A DNA stretch of 64,000 bases from Octopus sinensis (taxonomy: Eukaryota): contig NC_043003.1 in NCBI RefSeq assembly GCF_006345805.1, positions 100,502,001 to 100,566,000 on the forward strand, given 5' to 3'. A program made the position numbers and the translations under genes. This document shows positions 1 to 13,474 of the stretch, one piece after another (position 1 is the first letter of the stretch; each line of letters begins with the position of its first letter). The notes beneath the pieces were generated by a model. That model did not search any database. It saw nothing but the letters and a program-made list of their open reading frames with translations, and was not told the DNA's origin.

Positions 1-382
1 CTTAGTGGCTGACGATATGTGCATCTCTGATCACGAGCAGATGTAGTGGGGGAGCATCATAGCCATGTGTTGAGAGGGATTCTTTGGGGTTTGGATGATT
101 CACCTCTGGAAACATGGGTGGTTCTTTCAACATCCTTAAACAACCCTTATGCAGGGACCTTTTGAGCGGGATGGGCTACTCAACCTGAAGAAAATTCTAA
201 CTGGGCCCCACCTGCAAGGTCATGTGCTGTTTATCCTGATATGAGATCACCATGTCGCGCACATATGGTTGTGATGCATGTGCCTGGTGTACCCTTATCA
301 GACAGGTAGTCATGATGGGTATATTGGGCTTCGTATATTTTACCCCAGTGTCACTTTGATGGCATGAACTGCTCTCTCACTC
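1..382. repeat. ~540-bp (AAT)n-associated interspersed repeat, copy 1 (cut by window start)
   Basis: Near-identical to 1315-1788 and 27135-27673; ends CTGCTCTCTCACTC followed by (AAT)n. Confidence 0.9.
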
Positions 383-428
<46 letters not shown>

Positions 429-429
429 G

Positions 430-640
430 TGGGCAGTGAGGAAAGTAACTGTTATCCCAATAGTTGTAGGGGCAATTGAAGCACTAACAACCAAGTTTGA
501 AAAATATGTTGGAGAAATTGGAATTGACATGAAGGCAGAGCAGGCCCAAAAAAACTACTCTATTGGGGAGAGTTAAGATTTTGAAACTGGAGATTGGGTG
601 TTGAGAATCTTCCATGATAGTTAACATCTAAGTACCAAGT
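430..640 (+). mobile_element. R4/Dong-like RLE LINE, extreme 3' fragment
   Basis: Translates VTVIPIVVGAIEALTTKFEKYVGEIGIDMKAEQAQK, a typical C-terminus of a restriction-like endonuclease ORF; follows (AAT)n. Confidence 0.6.
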
Positions 641-781
641 CTTATAATTTGTGGACAGAGACACAGTGAGACCTCTGACAAAAGGTCACTGTCCACTCTC
701 ACAGAATCAACCAAAGCAAGTAAGACCAAGAGCTTTGAGAAGTAAAATACAACAACAACAACAACAATAATAATAATAATA

Positions 782-1250
782 ACATGCCTCCTCATTGATA
801 TGACTGTCCCAATCGATATAAACGTATCTGTCAAGACCTACCAAAAACTGAGCAAATATAAAGATCTTGAAATAGAAATCAGCAAAATGTGGAACCTGAA
901 GACTCTAAACAATACCTGTTGTCATAGGTGCCCTGGGAATGATAGCAAAAGGGGCTGATTGCAACCTAACTCAGATACCAGGAAACCCAAAAATGGCAGA
1001 AAAAAAAAAGATAGTGCTCATGGGAACTGCTCATATCCTACGCAAAATACTTTCTATGTAATCTCAAGTTTTAAAACATACATAATTTTTGTTTTTTTTT
1101 TAGACATTCACTAGTACAACACTAAATACAAAACCAAATATATGGCACACTAGACATAACAACATCACGAACTTCCAACCTGTTGTCTCTTGAGGTCTCT
1201 GGGTGAGACTTGGAGCCAACTTGTACAAATGTAAAGCAAAAGTCAAACAT

Positions 1251-1251
<1 letters not shown>
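782..1251 (+). mobile_element. R4/Dong-like RLE LINE 3' end
   Basis: Nucleotide match to 40870-41365 (IDMTVPIDINVSVKTYQKLSKYKDLEIE...); (AAT)n on both sides. Confidence 0.85.
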
Positions 1252-1290
<39 letters not shown>

Positions 1291-1314
1291 TAATAATAAT
1301 AATAAAGTATAAAA

Positions 1315-1788
1315 GATGGTATAAAAGATGGGCTACAACAAATATTCTGCTCAATACCACAGATTTGCTTGTCAGTTGTTTGACCTTAACCAGTTGAGCA
1401 TGTCCCTTAGTGGCTGACGATATGTGCATCTCTGATCACGAGCAGAAGTAGTGGGGAAGCATCATAGCCATGTGTTGAGAGGGATTCTTTGGGGTTTGAA
1501 TAGTTCACCTCTGGAAACATGGGTGGTTCTTTCAACATCCTTAAACAACCCTTATTCAGGGACCGTTTGAGCGGGATGGGCTACTCAACCTGAAGAAAAT
1601 TCTAACTGGGCCCCACCTGCAAGGTCATGTGCTGTTTATCTTGATATGAGATCACCATGTCGCGCACATATGGTTGTGATGCATGTGCCTGGTGTACCTT
1701 TATCAGACGGGTAGTCATGATGGGTATATTGGGCTTCGTATATTTTACCCCAGTGTCACTTTGATGGCATGAACTGCTCTCTCACTCA
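1315..1788. repeat. ~540-bp (AAT)n-associated repeat, copy 2
   Basis: Matches 27218-27673; embedded in (AAT)n. Confidence 0.9.
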
Positions 1789-1832
1789 ATAATAATAATA
1801 ATAATCCACTTTAGTATTATTATTATTATTAG

Positions 1833-3422
1833 TGTTGTGGTGAGAGTCATGACACCCCCGCGTAAACAGACTTGGCCAAATGACTATAAATAATAGTGGT
1901 CCGAGTGAGAGAGAGAGAGTAGGCATTAATCACAGAAAGTCATAAGGTCTCATTTTGATAGTTTGTCAGAATATCATTTGTTGGTTCATGTATAGTTCGT
2001 GGAGAGGTTGTTGGATTGTTACATTGTTGTCACTCTATTTCGTTATATGTTTTGTTATAGTGTAAAAAAGTATCATCATAACAATTTGTGATACAACAAT
2101 ATTGACAATGAAGATTCGAAGCTCACACAGGTCAGTTAAAATTTTGTGATACAAGGTTGCTAACTATGGAAGACCTATTAGCTTCTATAACACAGTTGCA
2201 AAAACAGCAGCAAGAACAGCAACAGGAGTTGTAGAAACAAATACTTCAGCAACAAGAGAAACAACAACAGTTAATACAGCTATGTCTGAAGAAGTCTGGA
2301 AACACAATAAGTTTGTTTTTGCCAAACGGTGTATCGAACTCTATAACAGAATTCAGTTATGACTCAGCAGAGAGTATAACATTTGCAGCATACTTTAGAA
2401 GGTATGAAGAAATCTTTAGAGAAGTTTGCAAGTCGTGGATGGACAACATAAAATTACATAAATTAGTGCTGGCTGAACATGAAAAATATTGTAATTTCAT
2501 ACTACCCAAATGGGCAAGCAGAACAATTCATAGATACTTTCAAGTGAGTGCTAAAAATAGCAAGGAACGAGTTAGGAAATGATGAAGTGCTAACTAAATT
2601 CTTATGGGTGTACAGAATAATACCCAATGTGAATACCAGTTCAGGCAAGTCACTTGCAGAGCTAATGTTGACTCGAAAGATTAAATTGGTCTTTGACAGA
2701 TTGTTGCAAAGGGAAAAAACGTATATAGAAAATACAAAAAAATTCACCTAAACATTTTGATGTTGGAGACAAAGTCTATTTCAAAGTATACAAAAATGGT
2801 AAAGAGAGTTGGAAAGATGGTGTAGTGACTAAAAAAATTGGAAACATGATGTATTTAATAAAGGACCAATGATGGGAGCATAAACAACATCTAAATCAAT
2901 TAAAACTGAAACATACAGAAAAAAGGAAGGAAATTCCAGTGGAAATGTTTTACATGCTTGATGTGCCAGCACCAAAAGAGGCTGAGCCTAGAAGAAGCAG
3001 TAACAGAAAACATAAACATACTGAACATTTAGATATAACTCCTAAGTGGAAAAGGTACTGAACCCCCTAGGGAAGCAAAATTTCAAAAAGGGAGAGATGT
3101 TGAGAAGAAAGAAAATAAAATAATAAAATAAATTTCGTTTCCTATGGAAGTTGAAATCACAAAGGGGGGAGATGTTGTAGTGAGAGTCATGATAGACTTC
3201 ACTGAATTACTATAAATAGTAGCAGTCTGAGTGAGAGATAGAGAGAGAGTAGTCATTACACACAGGAAGTCATGTCATTTTGGTAGTTTGTTGGAATATC
3301 GTTTGTTGGTTCGTGTATAGTTTGTGAAGAATTTGTTAGATCATAACATTGTTGTTACCCTGCTTTGTTAGATGTTCTATTGTTACTTTTTTACACTGTA
3401 ACTGTGTAGTATCATCATGACA
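1833..3422 (+). mobile_element. Internally deleted Gypsy (K02A2.6/Mag-like) LTR element with two ~250-bp LTRs
   Basis: LTRs 1833-2083 and 3173-3422 (TGTTGT...CA). PPT AAAGGGGGGAGA before LTR2. Gag-like TFAAYFRRYEEIFREVC..EHEKYCNFILPK is fused directly to the integrase C-terminus (..EVLTKFLWVYRIIPN..KSLAELM). Confidence 0.85.
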
Positions 3423-4020
3423 ATTGGCAACACAACAATCAGAATATCTGTGATCAATCATAAATGCATGATGAAACACTGATATCTAATGATACATTAT
3501 AACAAAATCTTTTGACATGTCTACAACTCAGTCACTTCTGCTCCACTTCACTGAATCTATTGAAGTCATTTATTTATTCTCTGTTGGATTGTGTTAACAA
3601 TAGCATCACTGGTTGGTTACTACTCTGCAATGAGTCAATCACTACTTCCTTGTATTCAAAGCAGCAAGAATGGAAAAAAAAGAATGAGAAGATATCACTT
3701 GAATTTATACTTGAAGTGTTGATGTAATGAATTGCAAGTTTATAGTGTTTACATTAACTCAAATTATGTCTTTTCTTTTTCACACAAATATAGACTGAAC
3801 ATATATATTATACTGAGACGATGACTTACAGTCACATATCCTCTCTGTTGCTAATGTTTTCCAAGTAAGGGAATCTTTCAATTCTATTCATCTTAAAAAA
3901 TTTAGAGCTACTGGATGTTTTGTTGACAGGAAACGTCAGCAGAGATCCCCAGTTATAACCAAATGCTTTTCAATTGAATATAAATATTTACATACACACA
4001 TACCTGGGTGTGTGTGTGTA

Positions 4021-5270
4021 TGAGATCATTAAGAATGAAATGTCCGATTTTGAGCTAAAAGTTTATTTTACTTTATTACAGCAAAAAGCAATGCATTTAA
4101 TCAAAGTATGCACTTAAATTATCAACACAATTTTGACAATTTTTCAGTAGCTTATTTATGCCGGCAGCAAAGGATTCTGGAGAGCAAGAAATGATAAAAT
4201 CACAAAAGGCTGTTTTTGCATCTTCTTCAGATTTGAAAAGTCTTTTCCTCGCAAAAAGTTGTCTAATGCCTGGAAACCATTGACAGTCAGTTGGGACATG
4301 GTCAGAGTACTTCCATGAGTGGTGTTCTTTGTGCAACATGTGATTGAGCATTGTCTTGCAAGAGAATTGGCCTGTCTCTATTGACAAATCTTCATTGTTT
4401 AATTACAAGTTCACTCATCATTTCATTGAACTGGTTGATGTATACATCCGCTGTAACTGACTTACTAGATCTCATGAAGCTATAGTGGATGACACCAGTG
4501 CTGGACCACCAAATAGACACCATTAGATTTTTTTGGTGAATATTCTTTTTTGGATTGTGTTTTGGCACTTTGTCTCTACCCAACCACTGTGCAGAATGCT
4601 TGCTGTTGTTGAAAAGAAGCTATTTTTCATCACACATAACATTACGATGCAAAAATGGTTTGCTTTTATGCCGTGACAGCAAAGAACAGCAAGTTTAAAG
4701 ATGCCATGTCATTTTATGGTCATTCAGTTCGTGTGGTACCCACTTGTCCAGCTTCTTTACTGTGCTGATTTGTTTCAGATGGTCCAATACAGTTGGAAGT
4801 GAAACATCAAACTTTGCTGCTAACCCATATGTAGTTTAAGATGTATCTGCTTCCACTACAGTTTCCAGCTCATCATTATCCACCTTGGTCTCAGGTTTAC
4901 CATGGGGCTGATTTTCAAGAGTAAAGTCACCAGACTGGAAGTTATCAAACCATCGACATACAGTGTGCTCATTCGCCACATCTTCACCAAACACCTCATT
5001 GATGTTTTGAGCTGTCTGGGATGCATTGGTTCCATGATGGAACTCATATTCATAAACAACACAAATAGTTTATCTATCCATGGGTTCACAAAAATTGATT
5101 TATGAGAGAAAAATCACAATATAATCTGACACCATGAATTGCATTTCGAAAAGTGATGATGTAACTCTTCAATGTTGTAAAACGAAGACTTGTCAGGATA
5201 AAACATTAGAGTTAACAACTGTCAAAGTTGGTGCATAAGAAAATCAGACATTTCATTCTTAATGACCTGA
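4021..5270 (-). mobile_element. Decayed mariner transposon (~1.25 kb)
   Basis: ~31-bp TIRs 4021-4051 and 5240-5270 with TA nearby. Minus-strand motifs WVPHEL and CDEK, C-terminus ...SAYFD*; several stops and frameshifts. Confidence 0.9.
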
Positions 5271-5289
5271 TGTATATATATATATAGAT

Positions 5290-5400
5290 GGATGGATGGA
5301 CGGATAGATATATTTCTTTATTAGCCACACTGGGCCGAACACAGAGGGGACAAAATACAATGTGGAGCTTTTCTTTTTGCAGGTAAAAAAAAGTGGGGGG
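5290..5400 (-). mobile_element. Short 3' tail of a Tx1-like retroelement
   Basis: Reverse complement reads GTCCCCTCTGTGTTCGGCCC..GTGGCTAATAAAGAAAT, similar to the 3' end at 6830-6877. Confidence 0.55.
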
Positions 5401-5447
5401 ATAAAATTTCGATCAAAACGGATTGTGGAAAAAAAAAGCCAATCAAT

Positions 5448-7240
5448 AGGTGCAGGTGTGGCTGTGTGGTAGGTAGCTTGCTTACGCGCATGTGTCACCC
5501 AGAGTGCATTTGGTTTGTCGTTCATGTTGGACGTTGATTTTTGTTGCTGCGTTGAGGATAGAGACAATGTACTCAGAAAGATGGATGGAGTGTTGGAAAA
5601 GACAAGGAGTTTTGCTGAGGTCATGGAGATGAAGTGAAGGGAGTTGGAGTTGGCTGGTCTGAAGGAGTATGAGAAGATGGTACAGTAGGTAGGAGGGGAC
5701 GTGAGGCTGTCGCCCCCAAAGGAATTATGGAGTAGATGGAGAAAAAAATGATCACCTACAAGGTGTTCTTGCTAAAAGGAAAAAAAGGCCGAGCAGGTGG
5801 AAGCTGAAACAGAAAAGGCGCTAAGGGAGAAGTCGAAAGGAAAAGATATGGGACAATGGTCGTCCAATTTAGGACAATAGAGAAGGCGAGGAGACTGGCA
5901 AGTGTGGTGGTGAAAACAGAGGAAATAGTGCTTCTGCCCACATACCTTGAAAGAAAGACTTTCAAGGTAAGGGTAGAAGCAATTCTACTGGATATAGAAT
6001 TGGCTTGGGTAGCAGCAGCTGTACTTGTTGGAAGTGAGGAGAAGGTGGCTGTCCTTCAAGCCACAGAAACAGAAGAAGGAGGATTGAAAGGAAGGGCACT
6101 TGGACTAATTATTCAGGCAGAGAAGGGTCAACTGGAGAACTTGGCAGAGATAGTGACATTGGGGGAAATAGTGCTGGGGGTGTGGGTAGAGGGCAGAGTA
6201 CCACGTTGTTTTAAATGTGGCCAAAAGGGCCACATTAGAGCATACTGCCCTCTACAGTGGACAATATCTGAGGATACAGTTGTGGAGACAGAAGAGAAAA
6301 GAGAGGAAAAGACAGACGGAGGAAAGGTGAAAAAGGAGGAAGAATAGAAAGTTACAGAGAGCAGAAGGAGAAAGACGAAAAAAAGAAAAGACACTGAGTA
6401 TGATGTGGTACCCCAGTCCAACTCCATCTCACCCAAGACCACTCAGACCCACCCTCCCCATACAGACACCAAACCCACCCACCCCATCTCCCCATAAGAA
6501 AAAAAAAAGAATGAACAGACACCACAAAATTTAGAAGACCCCGCCTCCCTGTGAAAAAGGTTACGAATGCATGGCGGAGAGAATGATGTCACTAAGTGAT
6601 GGAGAAAGGAGAAAAAGGATTGGACTGAAGGAGAAAAAGGACTTAGGACCCAGAGGCAGCAAGTGGTGTTACTCAGTGTGGGGTGAGTAGCACATTCTTC
6701 ATAATATCATTTTCAGATATCATTCATATTATATTTTAATTTGTTCTTCATGTTCATTTTCATGTATCATTCATTATATCGTATTTTATTTCTATATTTT
6801 TAATTGTTATATGTCCCTACATGTGTTGTAGTGTCCCCCTCTGTGTAATGCCTTTATGGCAATTTAAAAGAAATAAAGTAGTTTGCTTACCAACCACATG
6901 GTTCAGGGTCCAGTCCCACTGCATGGCACCTTGAGCAAGTGTCTTCTACTATAGTCTCAGTCTGACCAAAGCTTTGTGAATGCATTTGGTAAATGTAAAC
7001 TGAAAGAAGCCTGTCATATATATATATATATATGTATGTATATGTTTGTGTGTCTGTGTTTGTCCCCCAACATTGCTTGACAACTGATGCTGGTGTGTTT
7101 ACGTCCTCGTCACTTAGTGGTTCGGCAAAAGAGACCGATAGAATAAGTACTAGGCTTACAAAGAATAAGTCCTGGAGTTGATTTGCTCAACTAAAGGTGG
7201 TGTTCCAGCATGGCTGCAATCATATGACTGAAACAATTAA
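5448..7240 (+). mobile_element. tRNA-head octopus-type SINE split by an insertion (5448-5485 + 6878-7240)
   Basis: Head GGTGCAGGTGTGGCTGTGTGGTAGGTAGCTTGCTTAC resumes at 6878; matches the uninterrupted copy at 52973-53385. Confidence 0.85.
5486..6877 (+). mobile_element. ORF1-only (HAL1-like) Tx1/L1-type non-autonomous retroelement with CCHC zinc knuckle
   Basis: ORF 5856-6347 contains CFKCGQKGHIRAYC. No APE or RT sequence follows. A-rich 3' end with AATAAA; 13-bp TSD GTAG(C/T)TTGCTTAC at 5473-5485 and 6878-6890. Confidence 0.8.
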
Positions 7241-7244
7241 AAGA

Positions 7245-10200
7245 AAGAATAGGGATCATGTATCGCAGAAATGTCATAGATGTAAAAGGGAAAGCAGATT
7301 AGGTTTATCCGTGGAAAGAAAAGCCTATGGAAAAGACCAAGGTAACCTCGGGCAATAATGTCATGCAAAAAACATATCACAGTAAGTGATTCTCTTTTTA
7401 CCTTTCTTTTTCTGGTTCATAGGATTATGCTCAAAGTGGCTCTGTCATTCACACATGCCATCCTCGATACATTCACCCATCTTTTATTGAAACATTCACT
7501 AGACAAAACTTCCCCCTCTACTCTCACCTTCCTCTTCAAGTGATATTTGAAGAAGTTGATGAGAGATTGACCAGAGAGGAACGTGTTTGTCTCTAGACCT
7601 TTCAGACGCATCCACCATACATATTCTTTCGCCATAGACACAAGTATGATGAAAATGGCTCTTCCTTCCCATTTGAAGGAAGAAGGCATGACAATATTGA
7701 CAACAGACTTGGCTGATAAACCAACTCGTCCCACACGTGATAGCAGTTGTTTGACATAGGCCCACAGGTCAGAAATGGTTGGACACTACAAGTGCATACA
7801 GAATGGTTTCGTCGCTCTGACCGCATCTCAGGAAGGTCAGCCCTGTGTTTCTCGAGCCATGCCTGTAGAGCTTATCCCACACGAGTAACGCTTCTTGATA
7901 GCACTGCCAGGCCAGGGATCTCTGGAAGTTGTCTATAGGTCCTGGCCCAAATGCCATCTTGATCAGGCGGGTCAGGTATTCCTCATCGACGCCAAGTTTT
8001 GCCCCAAGATCATTGTCGTACCTCTCCTCCACTAGTCCCCTATAGAATGCTTTCATGGTGATGCAGTCACTCAAGGCAGACCCAGGACGGCATAGTTGTT
8101 CGAGAGCAACATGACACTCACAGTGCCTTTTGCCATTCCTCAACCTCTTTTGGATCCACAACTGCAGTTCAGTCATGGAGACAGGCTGCAAGAAAGCACG
8201 CCTCACAAACAGCGACCACACCTGTTCACCATCGTCTATGTAGAGCCGAAGATGTCACAATCTCAGCACGTGTCTACGCATCATCAACCACGGCATGCCC
8301 AGCCCTCCTTTTATCTGGTGTTGGCAGAAAATGGATTGCCTGAGCATCGGAATGTTTCCTTTCCACAAGAAGCAGAAGAGGATGTGTTCCAGTTTGGTGA
8401 TGGTAGGGTTGAGAAAAGGCACGACGGTCAGGAGGCAGTAGATGACAGATGCAATGTATGTGTTCACCACCTCTGCCTGACCTTTTAGGGACAGCTTCCT
8501 CTTGGCCCATTGCTGGATGAAAGTGGCCACCCTACTTGTTATCTCATCCCAATTCTTCTCTGTTTGGAGGTCTGGGCTAAACCAGACCCCGAGCAACTTG
8601 ACCGGACTGTCGGTCCAGCGTCCCATGATGGCGGCACTGCTGGATGGCATAGGCTTGCTTCTCCAGGTGCTGAGCTGCAAGTCCACTGACTTTTCCTGGT
8701 TGATTTTCGCTCCTGTTACCGCTTCACAGTCATTCAGTGTCTCGCCGACCAGCTCGATGTGGTCGTGGTTAGACACTATGATGGTGACATCATCCACGTA
8801 TGTGGACACACTCATTCTGCATCCCAATTCTCACAGGATGCCCCTCAGCATTGCCAGCTTCCGTAGTAATGGCTCAAAGGTCAATACGTACAGAAGTGAT
8901 GAGAGGGGGCATCCTTGACGGACTGAACATGCAATGTTGAAAGGTCTCGATAGGTGCCCATTCACACGAATTACTGAACAGATGCCTTTGTATAGGGCAG
9001 CGATTTAGCTGCAGAAAACAGGACCGAAACAAGCCAACCTCCAAGTATCGATGGTCTATCCTATCGGAAGCTTTGGATTGATCCAAATTGGTCAGTGCCC
9101 CACCCATGCCAGTTTCCTTAACTACCCTGTCTATGATGTAGTGCATGAGGTGGAGGTTGTCATGGATACTCCGGCATGGCTAGCACCTTGGTCAAAATTT
9201 TCAAGTCTGCATTGAGCAGAGTGATAGACTTAAAGTTATCTATTACATCCCCCTTGTTTGGATCTTTCTTTAGCAGTGTTACAGCTCCTCAGCTCACTAA
9301 ACTGGGGATGCTCCCATTTTGCTGCCAGTTGCAATATACTGCTGCCAAGATGTCTCCAAACAAGTCTGGCATACCACTGTAAAGCTCGTAGCGCAGACCA
9401 TCCAAACATGGCAATTTGTCCCCTGCACACTCTGCCATCGCAACCTGCATGTCCACTGCTGTGGTGGCACCTTCACAACACTCTGCTTCTCTTGCCGAGA
9501 GTCGTGGCAGGCTATGGAGGTAGGCATTGAAGTCCATCCTGCATTCTTGCTTGCCACTTGCCTTGAAAAGTTGGGCGAAGTGCTGCTGAAAGGCCTCACA
9601 CATTTTACTAGGCTTGAGTAACTTGCGCCCCTGTTCATCCATCAGAGACCGAATGGTGACTTTGTTGCCCTGTTGCGCCTCCACTACCAAGGCCTCTTGC
9701 GTGGCTCCAACACCTTCGTTTCTGAGAACATGCATCCTAGCCCTGACAACGCACCCTTTGTGCTTGCTGTTGAAGTGTTGGTCTAGGGCCAACCACACTG
9801 CCAATACATTGGATGCGATGCCACTTCTAATTTCTTAACTAGGTCACCTTCTATTTTGTTTCTATCTATCGCTAGTACTTTGCTATACCTAATTGATTCG
9901 TCTTTTATTGCTCCCTAGAGTGCAAACCACCATTTGTTGTTGCTGATGATCCCGTCAAAGCCCTATTCACTAGTGTGCTAATTCGGACTCTGAAAACCTG
10001 TCTCGATGGGAAAGACATGTTCAGTTTCCAGTAACCAGGACCCTGCCTATATGCCTTATCTAAGTCTAGCATACATGTCACAAGTTTGTGATCCGTGTAG
10101 CTGACTATGTGGAATTGAGGACACCCTATGCTATCTTTATCTATTGTCCTACACAGTATTCTATCTAGATACGGTCTCGATGACCCAATGTGGCTGCTCC

Positions 10201-11200
10201 ATGTCCACATTGGCGCATTCGGGTGGTCAAGTTGGAACCTGTCAGAAAGTTGAAAGCATCTGAGTAGGTCTTTGAGGCATTTGCAACCCCTCCTATTACT
10301 ATCACTGTCCATGTAGTCTAGATGCGTGTCCAAGGTAGCATTCCAATCCCCCACTAAAAGTAAAGTTCGAGACATTCCTAGGAATACTTCTAGACGTCAA
10401 AAGAAATTTGGCCAACCTGTTAAAGGCAGTGTGTAGATTGATATGAGTCGAAAAGGACATCCATTGCTGCAATCTCTAGGATGTCTATGTTCTAACAAAT
10501 GTTATAATAAATGGTGGACAACAGCCACTATGTCTCTACTTCTGGAGGGATATTTTTGATTGAGATTTTGGTCACACATTGACCAAGGTATGTCAGAATA
10601 AAAATTTGACTGTAGGGTGAGTTTGAGAGTTCTTTGGCTTTTTCTTTGCTGTTGAAGTGAACTTGTATTATCACATATCTCTTCCACCAGTTCACATAAT
10701 TCTTATATGCCCATATTGAACGCAAACAAATTTTCAATCAGTTCCTGTGGTGCTTGCTCTGGTCTGTATGTTTTCACATTAATGACTTTATACACGATTA
10801 TTCTTTTTTGTGTGGTGTCTATGATATTTTGTGGGATGTTGAGGTGTAGATTTGAACCTTGCTGAGTTAAGAGGGACTTTGTTTTATTTGTTCTGTTGTG
10901 ACGTGTAGCATTGTCTTTTTTTGTTTTAAGGCTTCTGGAAAATTTGATTTGTTTTTGTTGTTGCTGTCACTGGTGGTGGTGTCGGTAGCAGAGGAGGTAG
11001 CTGTTGCAGCAGAGTTGAAGTCTTTGGTGGTGGTAGTGACAGTGGCATTCAAGCTGTCAGGTTCAGCAACTAATGGTAGCGGGAGGCTAAGAAAGTCTTT
11101 AGCTCCCCGCAAACATTCCGCATGACTTGTGCGCTAGCATCATGGTTTGCAGTCGCTATTTTCGAAACGAAAAATGGCTAAAAGGAATCGACAAAAGCCT
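7245..11200 (-). mobile_element. Decayed, internally deleted Tx1/L1-clade LINE (ORF1 part, APE, RT)
   Basis: APE motifs LLVGDWNATLD, YLDRI, YTDHK (9905-10375). RT motifs SVRQGCPLSSLLY and YVDDV (8255-9000). C-terminal RCGQSDETI. Many frameshifts. Confidence 0.9.
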
Positions 11201-12025
11201 TTGAAATTTCGTTCACAGAGGGGCAAAATCCTATGTAAATATTAATCAAGTTTGGAAGTGTATGTTGCTGGACAACATTAAACACACAAAAATAGCCAAC
11301 TTATGTGGAACCAGTTTGACTAGCGTTAAGTAGGTAGGTAGGTAGACAAGATATATGTAAATTTCGTCTGACCCATGCAAACATGGAAAAGTCTATGTCA
11401 AATAATGATATTTAAATAATACACACACACACACACATAGACAGACACATACACACTCACACATACAATTTTCATTTACTGTTTGTCTAGCAAATCCACT
11501 CACATGTTACTGGTCAGCCCAAGGCACTTGCCCAAGGTGCCATACGTAAGATATAACTCAGGACAAGAGATTGACAAAGTAATCTTTCTACCCACACAGC
11601 CATACCTGCATCTTTCTGGCCACTAATACTGCTTGACCAATTTGGTTTAACTCAGGTTTCTAGACTGACAGCCAGTGACAAACAATTTGGAAAATTAACC
11701 AGTGATAAATAAGAGTAAGATTTTTCTGTTATTAAATTCATACCATGCAAAATCATAACATCACAAGGAAACAAAATAATCTGTTACTTGTTTAAAAATG
11801 AATAAAATAACTGAAATCAATACACTTACTGCTCATGATAAACAGCCGTCTTTATAAGGAACATTATTTATGATATATAACTAATATTACATAAAAGACA
11901 GTCAGACTCCCAAACTGTTTCAGTTTAGACTGAATGTTAACATTCCAAGGCACAAAATAAAATTCTTGCTGGATCATTCACTGATTGATCCTTGGATGAT
12001 CAACCTCAGATGACCTATCAATTAC

Positions 12026-12206
12026 TGGTAAGTGTACAGCAGATTATAGTTATCAGCTTCTTGCCAATGTACAATGGATAACACTTGAATTATAATCAGC
12101 TTCTTGTGAGTGTATTACAGATTATAGATTATATCAGTTTCTTGTCAGTATATTAAAAATGATAGAGTATGTCTGCTTACTGTGAGTGTTTTATAGATTA
12201 TAGTAG
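12026..12206. repeat. Degenerate ~35-50-bp minisatellite
   Basis: Recurring GTGAGTGT(A/T)TTA(C/T)AGATTATAG and TATCAG(C/T)TTCTTG blocks. Confidence 0.6.
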
Positions 12207-13246
12207 AACATTCTTTTATGAATCAATAAAAGGTGATGTACTGAATGATATATGCAAAAATATTTCCATTTAATTAAAATTTCATTCTTAGCTGAAGAAA
12301 AGAACCTAAAAACAAAAACAGTAGTAATTGGTAATGACTCAATAAGAAAAGGGGAGATAACTTCAACAAATTAAAAATAAAATCTCGAAGTTAATTTACA
12401 TACTTAGATGAAAAGCAATAGACAGTTTCAGGCATGTTTCAGCCTTAATGGACCTCATCAACCAAACATAGTTTATTGAATCTGGCTTTGATCACATAAC
12501 AGAGTATTTATATACAGAAAATGTCACAAAGATTTTTGGCCAGTAATGATTTACAAAATTGAAATTAAAAAAATGATAATAAGCTAAGTGAAATAACTCA
12601 ATTAGGCCAATGACATAAATTTAGATAAGTTTAAAGATGATGAGCTAAAAATGAAGAACATAAAAAAATACTCAATTAATTGAAAATATCCTTTTAGCTG
12701 AAGAAAGACAAAAATAATGCAATGTTAATTATCAGCAACTCCCAGTTAATTTTATAAGAGACAGTTATTGTTTAATTAATTAGGGATATATTTTAACTGT
12801 TTTAGTTTCTGTTACTTTGTGATTAAAATCTGAATAAACTTTTATTACTGTCAACTAATTTCTATACTCTATAGTTTTCTCTCTTTCCATTTTTTGTGGC
12901 TACTCAGAAGGGAATATAGGAAGGGCAGCATGCATAACTTTTTGCAGGACCTCTGAGACTTGTAGGAAGATGAGAGGAAGATATATTTGGATTGGTGACC
13001 TGTCTCAAATGCTTGCAAAAGAGTGGGCTCAGCTAAAGGAGCCTAAGGGTTCAAATGTTGGTGTTATATGGAATAATATCTCAAATATTTTGCTTTTAAT
13101 GAATATTTTATCACATTACTGGATTTCATAAATCACTGTACTTCAAAATGTATCTTTTAATAAAATAATATCAGTTTGGAGATGTACTTGCATAGCAAGT
13201 GACCTGATCTGAGATCGTGTGCTGAAACTAAAACAATTGCAGCATG

Positions 13247-13474
13247 GAAGGTGTTTATAAGCCGTTTAAAAACACACAAAAACCATTAGATTCACTTCAA
13301 CATTTAAATTTAATTTGCCAAAATATTTTTGTCGCTTTGAGACCACAACTTGTTCACTGACAAAATTCCATGCTGCATGGAATTTTATCAGTGAATATTT
13401 TGGCAAATTAAATTTAAATGTTGAAGTGAATCTAATGGTTTTTGTGTGTTTTTAAATGGATTATAAACACCTTC
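13247..13474. repeat. Palindromic (foldback/MITE-like) element
   Basis: ~80-bp outer arms plus ~21-bp inner arms around the central T at 13374; the right arm lacks ~25 bp. Confidence 0.85.

Noticed and set aside
7245-11300. Tx1 insertion into an snRNA, tRNA or rRNA target
   Set aside because: I see no recognisable RNA-gene sequence or TSD at either flank.
11830-11849. 20-nt microexon on the minus strand (donor gtaagtg)
   Set aside because: A single good splice site could occur by chance; there is no frame support.
13325-13400. Hammerhead within the palindrome
   Set aside because: It needs several core substitutions; a simple foldback explains the sequence better.
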